33,428 nt of DNA from positions 1 to 33,428 of the forward strand of contig CAYYTD010000001.1 of assembly GCA_964474475.1 (NCBI GenBank), written 5' to 3'. How positions within the stretch are numbered: the first letter of the stretch is position 1; every line of letters begins with the position of its first letter. Shown here piece after piece: positions 9,434 to 17,271 of the stretch. Made by a program: the position numbers and the translations under genes. The notes beneath the pieces are model-generated. The model had not been told where the DNA came from and searched no databases. It worked only from the letters and a program-made list of their open reading frames with translations. This stretch comes from an uncultured Oscillospiraceae bacterium (GTDB taxonomy: Bacteria > Bacillota > Clostridia > Christensenellales > CAG-314).

Positions 9434-12400
9434 ATGAAAAGGATTTTAACCTTGGTTTTGGTTCTTGCGGTAATGCTTGGCGTTGTTGCAGCCTGCACGC
9501 CCGATCCGGAACCGGATCCTCAACCTACTATGCTCACCGTCACAAGCGCGGCAGAGGTTAGTTTGGAACTAGGTCAAAGCTATATGCTTGCTTACGATAC
9601 GGACGGCACCGTACAAGTTAGCGTTAGCGGTGGTAGTTACGATGCAGAATCGCAAAAGTTTACTGCAACGGAAGCCGGGACCTACACGATCACTCTTACT
9701 GCAACCGCACAGGGCAAAAAGGAAACTGTTGCCACTGTAAAAGTTACATTCACGGTTGCAAGCGCCAACAAAACGGCGCTCGGCACAGCTATCGAAAGTG
9801 CCGGTGCTCTCGTTAAAACGGACTACACGAGTAGCTCGTGGAGCGCTCTTCAAACTGCACTCGACACGGCAAAAGCCGCACTCAATCAATCGGGCATTTC
9901 TCAAGCAGACGTTGACGCCGCAACCGCAGGCGTTACGAGTGCAATTTCCAACCTCGTGTCCAGCCTTGTCAAGGCCGAAATTGGCGCCGACAACAAGTCA
10001 TTCACCTGGATGGAAACTACCTATGCCGAAGCAGATTACGACAACTTTGCCGATATCGTGGCAGAAATTAGCGCGTTAAACGCCAATGCGGAAATGACTG
10101 TCAAGTCCAAGTACAACCCCGCAATCTCCGCCATTCTCGACAAACTCGTTGCAAAGCTTAAGCTTGCCATCAAGAGCGAACTCAAGAACAACGCAACGAT
10201 GATCGTTGAATCTCTCGTTGAATACACTCTCACAGCCGAATCGGAAGACGGCGCAACTTATTCTTGGAAGGTTGACGGCAAAGAAGTTGCAACTACCGCA
10301 ACGCTTGCGTTTACTCCTACGGAATTCAAACGCTACGAAATCGAATGCACGGCAACCAAGGGTAAGAGCTCCAACGTTAAAACACACACCGTTGCATTCG
10401 TAAAGGCCGATTACGTAGTTAACGGAAGATTTACGGACAGCATCTCCGTTGCAAACAACGTTATTAGCGTAACCGGAGACCTTGGCTGGGGCGACGAAGA
10501 AGGCAAAAAGGTTACTCTTCCCGATCTTAGACTTTCCGGTAACTTTACGGTTTACTTCGACGTAACCTTCACCAAGACGGCAGATCCTGCCGTTATGGCA
10601 CTCTTCCTCCTCAAGGACAACGGCGAACGCAACGATTTCTGGGTGGCAGTACTTCAACACAACAACAGACTTGAAGTTGCAACCAGAGGCGACAGCGACG
10701 ATTTCAAGCCTCGTTACGAAATGCCCGCCGGAACGGCAACTCTCGACAAGGTTATCCACGTAATGATGACTCGTACCATCAAGGACGGCAAAGCATATCT
10801 CTACGCTTACATACTTGACGACGATGGCAAAGTCATCATGACTCACGATGCAAACGGTCTTTACAAGGACGACGCTGATTCTCTCGGCACCGTACAACTC
10901 GGTATCCAAGCAGAACACGCTCACTTTACCGTTTCCAACCTTGCAGTTGGCATCAACGACAATCTCGTCAATCGCAAACCCGTCAACGAAAGTATTGCAA
11001 AACTTTCCGGCTACGTAGAATCCGACTACACGACGGAAAGCTGGGGCAAGATTACCGCAGCAAAGACACAAGCTGAATCTGCGGCAACTCAAGAACAAGT
11101 TAATGCTGCTGCAGCAGCCATCGACAAAGCCATTGCCGAACTCGTACCCGCAACGTTCGAAAAAGCCGAAGTATCCGCAACCGGAATTACTTACGCAGGC
11201 AGAACGTACGGAGCAGACGATTACACCAACTACGAAACGGTACTTGCACAAGTCAACGAACTTGCAAAACTCACCCTTCGTTCCAAGTATAATCCGGAAA
11301 TCGTCAAGGTTCTTGCAACTCTCCAACTCAAACTCAACTTCAGCGTAAGCGGTATTGCAGACGGTACCAACCTTATTGTTAAGGCTCTTACCGAGTACAC
11401 CCTTACTGCTTCCAGCGAAACGGAAGGCGTAACTTACGCTTGGTCGGTTAACGGCACAGCTAAGGGCACTGGCGAAGAATTTAAGTTCACTCCCGAATCA
11501 TTCGGCAAAGTGGAAATTACCTGCCAAGCCAGCACGGCTAGCGGAGCAGTGGCAAGCCGCGTTATTTCCGTTTCCTTCATCGAATCGGACGTTAAGACTC
11601 CTATCGGCGACAAAGTAACCATTGGCGACGACGGTTCCTTCACGACGCAAACCGGCATCGAATGGCCCTACTGGGAAGGCAGAAACGTTCTTTACGACGA
11701 TCTTATTTTCAACGGTTCCTTCTCCATCACGATGGACCTTACCTACAACGGAACGAGCGACGGAGCCACCGTTGCAACCATTCACCTTCTCAATGCAGAT
11801 ACGCTTAGCCCAAGCTGGGGCGGCGACTGGGCATACGTAGGATACGGCTGCATCTGCCTCCACGAAAATCCCGTCAGGTTAGAAACCTGCTGGTCAGGCA
11901 CCGGCAAAAAGCAATCTAGCGACGGCGGATTCGATTCCATCGCTACGGCAATGAGCGGAGTAGCAGACTTGCTTGAACAAGGCGACACCTTTACCGTAAA
12001 ACTTACTTGCTACCGCAACGCAGAAAAACAACTTCAACTCGTTTACTCACTTTTGAACACCAAGAATGGTGAATGGATTGAATTCAACCGCAACGAATGG
12101 GCCGGAGACATGGGCGGCGGCTTCATCGTAGGTATCAACGTTGAACATATCGGTCTTACAGCCAAAAACGTTCGTTACGAACTTCTTGACGCAACGGGCA
12201 GCTACTTGGCAGGTTCCGTCAAGTCCAGAGCAGTTCTTTCCGCAACACTCGTCAAGTATCAAGACGTAGTTGCTTCCGAATACGTAAACGGCGCAGCATT
12301 CACCGCAGCTTACAAAGCAGCATGGGCTCTTATGAGCAACAACAGCGCAATTGTCGACTACGATGCAGCAGCACAAGCTCTTGAAACGGCAGCAAAAGCT

Positions 12401-13204
12401 CTCGTTCCTAGAACCGTAGCCGTCTCCGCAGGAGCGCTTGACAAGGGATATGCAAACTACGTAGGCGTAACCGAGTTTGAAGCCAAGTTTGCCGAAGGCG
12501 TAACCGCAACGGACGTAAAATGGACCTACAAACTTAATGGCGAAGCAGGCGAAAAGGTCGGCGCAAAACTCGCTCTTGAAAACGGTGCTTACACCGAAGT
12601 TAAATTGTCCTTTACGGTTGGTGGCGAAACTTACACCTATCAATATCAAGACTTTAAGGTTTCGGCTCTCTCACTCAAGTCCTACACGGAAAAAGTTACC
12701 GTAACGGGCAGTACCGTTAGCGTTGACGACGGCGCAGGTTGGGGACAAAAGGATCAACTTGTAATCGAAAACGTACGCGCTCAAGAATTTGAACTCGTGT
12801 TCAACGCAGAGTACAAAGGAACGCCCGGCGGCGGATACCGCGTAATGTGCATCAACCTCTTTGGTGAAGCGATCAGACCGGTATTCGGTTATCAAAGAGA
12901 AGACCGTGCCGACAGAGCACAAATCGGTTTCGACAACAATGGTGAATGGACAGACATCAACAAGGCCGATGCGGAAGCAGATTACAACCACATCTTTGGA
13001 GAAGCAACCAAGTTCAGCCTCAAGCTTTCACAAGACGGCGAAGGCAAGTTCTGGATCACCTTCACGGTTTACCGTGCAGACGGCAGTGTTATTGCCCAAA
13101 AGACTTGCGACCACGCTGCATGGTACAGCTCCACTACGGAACTTCGTTTCACCTTCGAAAACATCGACCTCACTCTTGGCGGTTTTGAGGTTTACTACAA
13201 CTAA
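9434..13204 (+). CDS. Large surface lipoprotein (1256 aa): N-terminal Ig-like domain plus three tandem modules of FIVAR-like helical segment, Ig-like domain and jelly-roll/LamG-like beta-sandwich
   Basis: Lipobox GVVAAC-TPD. FIVAR-like segments include DYTSSSWSALQTALDTAKAALNQSGISQADVDAATAGVTSAISNLV and DYTTESWGKITAAKTQAESAATQEQVNAAAAAIDKAIAELV. Ig-like repeats: ATYSWKVDGKEVATTATLAFTPTEFKRYEIECTA vs VTYAWSVNGTAKGTGEEFKFTPESFGKVEITCQA vs VKWTYKLNGEAGEKVGAKLAL. Each is followed by a roughly 170-aa beta-rich block. Confidence 0.8.
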   Translation: MKRILTLVLVLAVMLGVVAACTPDPEPDPQPTMLTVTSAAEVSLELGQSYMLAYDTDGTVQVSVSGGSYDAESQKFTATEAGTYTITLTATAQGKKETVATVKVTFTVASANKTALGTAIESAGALVKTDYTSSSWSALQTALDTAKAALNQSGISQADVDAATAGVTSAISNLVSSLVKAEIGADNKSFTWMETTYAEADYDNFADIVAEISALNANAEMTVKSKYNPAISAILDKLVAKLKLAIKSELKNNATMIVESLVEYTLTAESEDGATYSWKVDGKEVATTATLAFTPTEFKRYEIECTATKGKSSNVKTHTVAFVKADYVVNGRFTDSISVANNVISVTGDLGWGDEEGKKVTLPDLRLSGNFTVYFDVTFTKTADPAVMALFLLKDNGERNDFWVAVLQHNNRLEVATRGDSDDFKPRYEMPAGTATLDKVIHVMMTRTIKDGKAYLYAYILDDDGKVIMTHDANGLYKDDADSLGTVQLGIQAEHAHFTVSNLAVGINDNLVNRKPVNESIAKLSGYVESDYTTESWGKITAAKTQAESAATQEQVNAAAAAIDKAIAELVPATFEKAEVSATGITYAGRTYGADDYTNYETVLAQVNELAKLTLRSKYNPEIVKVLATLQLKLNFSVSGIADGTNLIVKALTEYTLTASSETEGVTYAWSVNGTAKGTGEEFKFTPESFGKVEITCQASTASGAVASRVISVSFIESDVKTPIGDKVTIGDDGSFTTQTGIEWPYWEGRNVLYDDLIFNGSFSITMDLTYNGTSDGATVATIHLLNADTLSPSWGGDWAYVGYGCICLHENPVRLETCWSGTGKKQSSDGGFDSIATAMSGVADLLEQGDTFTVKLTCYRNAEKQLQLVYSLLNTKNGEWIEFNRNEWAGDMGGGFIVGINVEHIGLTAKNVRYELLDATGSYLAGSVKSRAVLSATLVKYQDVVASEYVNGAAFTAAYKAAWALMSNNSAIVDYDAAAQALETAAKALVPRTVAVSAGALDKGYANYVGVTEFEAKFAEGVTATDVKWTYKLNGEAGEKVGAKLALENGAYTEVKLSFTVGGETYTYQYQDFKVSALSLKSYTEKVTVTGSTVSVDDGAGWGQKDQLVIENVRAQEFELVFNAEYKGTPGGGYRVMCINLFGEAIRPVFGYQREDRADRAQIGFDNNGEWTDINKADAEADYNHIFGEATKFSLKLSQDGEGKFWITFTVYRADGSVIAQKTCDHAAWYSSTTELRFTFENIDLTLGGFEVYYN

Positions 13205-13242
13205 TTTTTGTAGTATCAAATAACGTTAGTTATTAAAATCAG

Positions 13243-13306
13243 GTTTTCCACTCACGAGGGGCGCCTTTTACAAGGCGTCCCCAAAGTGGAAACTAAATAG
13301 TTTTTT
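13243..13306 (+). terminator. Two-tier GC-rich hairpin followed by a T-run (terminator-like, possibly leaky)
   Basis: Outer stem GTTT(T)CCACT 13243-13252 pairs with AGTGGAAAC 13285-13293. Inner stem GGGGCGCC 13258-13265 pairs with GGCG(T)CCCC 13274-13282. TTTTTT at 13301-13306 is 8 nt from the stem, so this is not a textbook intrinsic terminator. Confidence 0.4.
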
Positions 13307-13320
13307 ACAAAGAGGTTGAC

Positions 13321-14238
13321 GTGAAATTCATGAAACCCCTCATGATTGCCTTTGCAATCATACTTTTGCCTTTGTTCGTGCTGTCCACCATGCAGCTGTT
13401 TGGCTGGACGTGGCCTACGGAATTTGCAGGCGCCAACGTAGTAATGACGGTGGTTTTGGCTGTTTTTACTGCGTTACTGGTAATTTCTGCTTTCGGGCAG
13501 AAGTTTAGAATACAAAAAATAGGCACTTATCTTCTCCACGCGGGATTCGTTTTGTTCCTTGCGGGGAGTTTGCTCTACGTAACTACGGGTACTTCTCTCA
13601 CAGTAGCCGTGCCTGTGGATAACACTAAGGCTTACAGCTATTTGGAAGATAGCAACGGCAACGTGGTAGAGCTTGGCTTTGCCTTTGGTCTTGACCAATT
13701 CAAGATTACTTATTACGACCCTGTTTACGACGTTTACCAAGTGGACGGGGAAAACACCAAGACGGTAATGACCGACGTGCAAGTGCAAAAGTCGGCAACC
13801 GGCGAATGGTACTATGATTTTGACAAATACGGCGCAATAACTCTCAACGAGTTACTTGACGGCGAAAGTATAGATACGATAAAACAAACGGTCACTTTAG
13901 GCGACGGAGTGGTTGCTTCCGTTAGGTTGTTAGTCAAGGAATACGTTGCCAACGTTACTTTTATTGACGAAAACGGCGGCGAAACGAGCCAAGAACTGTT
14001 GGTTAACCACACGTTGTACAAAAACGGATTCAAAATTTACCTCATGGGGTACGACGAAGTATCTTCGCGCGTTACCTTAATGTTCAAGAAGAATATCGGC
14101 GAACCTTTGTCTACGGCAGGGCTGATCGTCGTAATGGCAGGCACCCTCTTCCAATGCATCGTGTATCCTTTAATTGTTAACAGGAAAAGCAAAAATGCCT
14201 TGCCCGCATCCGAAAAGGACGAGGAGGGCAAGATATGA
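13321..14238 (+). CDS. ccsB: Compact ResB/CcsB (Ccs1)-like cytochrome c biogenesis protein (System II)
   Basis: 305 aa. N-terminal TM helices include a His-containing helix (IGTYLLHAGFVLFLAGSLL), then an extracytoplasmic domain, then VNHTLYKNGFKIYLMGYD (compare the ResB consensus VNHPL..G...YQ.sY) and a C-terminal TM. The stop overlaps the ccsA start (ATGA at 14235-14238). GTG start 5 nt after AGAGG. Confidence 0.65.
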   Translation: MKFMKPLMIAFAIILLPLFVLSTMQLFGWTWPTEFAGANVVMTVVLAVFTALLVISAFGQKFRIQKIGTYLLHAGFVLFLAGSLLYVTTGTSLTVAVPVDNTKAYSYLEDSNGNVVELGFAFGLDQFKITYYDPVYDVYQVDGENTKTVMTDVQVQKSATGEWYYDFDKYGAITLNELLDGESIDTIKQTVTLGDGVVASVRLLVKEYVANVTFIDENGGETSQELLVNHTLYKNGFKIYLMGYDEVSSRVTLMFKKNIGEPLSTAGLIVVMAGTLFQCIVYPLIVNRKSKNALPASEKDEEGKI

Positions 14239-14993
14239 GTTGGTTGAAAATAGTAATGGTTGCCTCGGCACTGTTCCTTTTTGCGGCAACTGCGTTGTTC
14301 GTTAAGAAACGCACCTACGCCAAGTACGTGGCGGCAATCGGCTTTGTTTTGAACGGAGTAGTCGTTGCGGTAAACTGGATTTCTAACGGCTATGTTCCCT
14401 TCATCAGCATGTATCAAGTGCTGGCGTTCGTGGGTGTTTGTTTCCCCCTTGCGTATTTGCTAATTCACTTCGTGCGCGAAACCAAAGTGAATTTTGCTTG
14501 GTTTACCCTTTGCGCAGGCGTGTGCATGGTCGGTTCGGCAGCGATGTTCAGCACCATGATTTGGCATCGGGCACCCGCCTTGCAGTCACCTTTCTTTATT
14601 CCTCACATACTTTGTTACATTTTGTCCTACTCTTTGTGCGCCGTCGCTTTCGTGCAGACGATAGTGATGATGTTCCAAAAGAAAGAGGAAGACAAGGCAG
14701 AAACGGAAAAATCCATCTACGCCATAGTGATAACGGCATTTCCATTTATGGTAATGGGTATGTTTCTCGGCGCCATTTGGGCAAACGAATGCTGGGGCAA
14801 TTACTGGTCGTGGGATCCCAAAGAAAACTGGGCGCTCATCACCACTTGCTTGTACGCATTCTATTTCCACGTAAGAAAACGCAAATTTTTCAAAAAATGG
14901 CTTGTTCCCGTTTTAATAATCGCTTTCGTAAGCCTAATTATTACATTTATCGGTGTCAATGCGGTAGAAGGCGCATTGCACTCCTATTCATGA
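14235..14993 (+). CDS. ccsA: Cytochrome c assembly protein CcsA/ResC (haem-handling, System II)
   Basis: Polytopic membrane protein with the tryptophan-rich WWD motif WANECWGNYWSWDPKENWALIT (nt 14778-14831). Flanking conserved-looking histidines occur in FFIPHILCY and FYFHVRK. Confidence 0.85.
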   Translation: MSWLKIVMVASALFLFAATALFVKKRTYAKYVAAIGFVLNGVVVAVNWISNGYVPFISMYQVLAFVGVCFPLAYLLIHFVRETKVNFAWFTLCAGVCMVGSAAMFSTMIWHRAPALQSPFFIPHILCYILSYSLCAVAFVQTIVMMFQKKEEDKAETEKSIYAIVITAFPFMVMGMFLGAIWANECWGNYWSWDPKENWALITTCLYAFYFHVRKRKFFKKWLVPVLIIAFVSLIITFIGVNAVEGALHSYS

Positions 14994-15012
14994 ATATTTA
15001 ATGGAGGTATTT

Positions 15013-17259
15013 ATGGAAAAGAAACTTATCAAAAAGCTCCTAATAGGCACCTGTTGCCTGCTGTTTGTTCTTGCTTGCGGTTTTGCACTAACCGCTTGCG
15101 ACAAAGAGGAGCTCAACTTTGAGTCGGTTAGTGTGTATCACACGGCCGAACAGTACGTTTCTCCGTCGGGCATTGCTCGCAAGGGAGAGTCGACTTTCGT
15201 TTCCGATGCTACGCTCAACAAGGTTTACAAGCTCAACGAAGAGGGCACCGTTCTTAGGTCCTATTCGTTTGACCAAACGGTCAACTCCGTTTACGTAAAC
15301 GGCGACAACGTTTACGCGCTTGTAGGCGAACTTGCAGGGGAAATTTACCGCTTCGACGGATCCCTTAATCTCCTGTCTAAGGCAGAAGTAGAGCACACCC
15401 CAACGGATGCACTCGTCCTTGACGGCAAGATTTACGTGGTGAACAGATTTTCGGCGTCGATATCTATTCTTTCCGAAGACTTGACAACTAACGTAGAAAA
15501 GATTGACCTATCCGACGGCAGAGAGCCCATGGCAATTGCAACGGCACAAAACAAAATATTCGTTGCTTGTCATCTTCCTAGCGGCAAAGCTACCGACGCA
15601 ACCGTATCTGCCGATTTGTTCGTGATCAATCCCGAAACGGCAAAGGTTACCAAGAAAATAGAGTTGCTCAACGGAACGGGCGGACTCAAAGACATGGCAG
15701 TATCGTCCGACGGCAAATACGTTTACACAACCAATTTGTTCGCAAGATACGCCTACCCCACGTCGCAACTCGATCGCGGATGGATTAACACCAACGGCAT
15801 TACCGTGGTGGATGCCACAGCCGAAGAGGTGTACGCAGGAGTGTTGCTCGACAGCGTTGAACGCGGAGCATCCAACCCGTGGGGAATTGACGTAATAGGC
15901 GAAGGCAAAAATGCCAAAGTCGTTTGCGCCATCAGCGGTCTTGGCGAAATCTCCGTCATCGACGAATCGGCAATGTTTGCCAAGCTGCAACGCGTAGAAA
16001 AGGGCGAGTTTGACTACGGCTTGGATGCAGTAGTGGATCGCGTTGAATTTTCTTCGGATATCAGCCAGCGCATTTCCGTTGGCGGCAACGGACTTAGAGA
16101 AGTTTTGCTTGCCGACGAATACGGAACGGAATATGCCTACCTTACCCAGTATTTTGACGGAACTATTACCAAAATCGCTCTCGAAACGGACGAAGTAGGT
16201 GAGCGCGAAAAGGCCGTTTACATGATCGGTTCGCAAGGAACCCCCACTAAGGAAAGAATAGGCGAAATTCTTTGGTACGACGGCAATTACTGTTATCAAG
16301 CGTGGGAGTCCTGTGCAAGCTGCCACCCCGATGCAAGAGCCGACGGATTAAACTGGGATAACCTCAACGACGGTCTTGGCAACCCCAAGCAGGCAAAGTC
16401 GATGATGTATTCACATCGTACCCCTCCCGAAATGGTCACCGGCGCGCGTGAAACTGCCGAGCTTGCCGTGCGCAAGGGAATGCAGTTCATTCAGTTCAAC
16501 ACCATGGAAGAAGAGCTTCTTGAGTGCATCGACGATTATCTCAAGTCGCTTGCGCCCACGCAAAGTCCTTACCTCAACAGAGATGGCACGCTTACTGCCT
16601 CGGCAGAGCGCGGCAAGGAATTGTTCAGTCAGTTCAATTGCGCATCTTGCCACACCGGTCCATATTACACCGACCTTCAAATGCATCAATCCTCCTCTCT
16701 CGACCTTGACGACACGTGGGAAGACAGAGCTTTCGACACACCCACTCTCGTTGAAATTTGGAGAACGGCACCATACGTATTCAACGGAAGTTGTGCAACG
16801 ATGGAAGATGCTGTAAGGTATTTCGTAGAAAAATCCGGCAAAACCATTACCGACGAACAAGTAACGGACCTTGCTAACTACATACTTTCCATCGGCGACG
16901 AAGGGGAATATTACGGCGTTCAACAGGTATTTTTCGATAGAAACGACGACTCCGGCGAACTTGCCGTTCAATTGCTCGTTCCGGGAAGAACCATGAACAA
17001 GGTGACGATACGCAAGCAGCATGATACCGACAAGAATGCGTACGTTTGCATCAAGCTTTACGATGCAAGCGGCAAGCAAATCGGTGAAAGCGTCAACGCC
17101 GTTCTCACGGGAATGGTAAAGGGCGATTACGCCATGTTTGAGTGCGATCTCGATGTGCCTGCGGATCTTGCCAAAGGAAGTTATTACGAAATTACAATCG
17201 TAAATGCAGACGACACGGGTGAAGCGTTAGCAACGCCGCTCCGCGTGTATTATAATTAA
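15013..17259 (+). CDS. Lipoprotein: N-terminal YVTN/lactonase-type beta-propeller fused to a di-haem cytochrome c peroxidase/MauG-family domain
   Basis: Lipobox GFALTAC-DK. Propeller-like repeats include KIYVVNRFSASISIL, KIFVACHLPS and DGKYVYTTNLF. Two CXXCH motifs: WESCASCHPDARADG (nt 16312-16326) and FNCASCHTGPYYTD (nt 16639-16653). CCP signature: AFDTPTLVEIWRTAPYVFNGSCATMEDAV. ATG 15013 is 5 nt after GGAGG; the ORF track gives 15001. Confidence 0.8.
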   Translation: MEKKLIKKLLIGTCCLLFVLACGFALTACDKEELNFESVSVYHTAEQYVSPSGIARKGESTFVSDATLNKVYKLNEEGTVLRSYSFDQTVNSVYVNGDNVYALVGELAGEIYRFDGSLNLLSKAEVEHTPTDALVLDGKIYVVNRFSASISILSEDLTTNVEKIDLSDGREPMAIATAQNKIFVACHLPSGKATDATVSADLFVINPETAKVTKKIELLNGTGGLKDMAVSSDGKYVYTTNLFARYAYPTSQLDRGWINTNGITVVDATAEEVYAGVLLDSVERGASNPWGIDVIGEGKNAKVVCAISGLGEISVIDESAMFAKLQRVEKGEFDYGLDAVVDRVEFSSDISQRISVGGNGLREVLLADEYGTEYAYLTQYFDGTITKIALETDEVGEREKAVYMIGSQGTPTKERIGEILWYDGNYCYQAWESCASCHPDARADGLNWDNLNDGLGNPKQAKSMMYSHRTPPEMVTGARETAELAVRKGMQFIQFNTMEEELLECIDDYLKSLAPTQSPYLNRDGTLTASAERGKELFSQFNCASCHTGPYYTDLQMHQSSSLDLDDTWEDRAFDTPTLVEIWRTAPYVFNGSCATMEDAVRYFVEKSGKTITDEQVTDLANYILSIGDEGEYYGVQQVFFDRNDDSGELAVQLLVPGRTMNKVTIRKQHDTDKNAYVCIKLYDASGKQIGESVNAVLTGMVKGDYAMFECDLDVPADLAKGSYYEITIVNADDTGEALATPLRVYYN

Positions 17260-17271
17260 GGAGGGCAAAAT

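Noticed and set aside
15001-15012. Upstream alternative start codons given in the ORF track (15001 for the CCP-like gene, 6817 for GH76-1, 8168 for GH76-2).
   Set aside because: The downstream ATGs (15013, 6826, 8174) have better spacing to GGAGG/AGAGG Shine-Dalgarno sequences and give cleaner N-termini. This cannot be settled without proteomics or homologue alignment.
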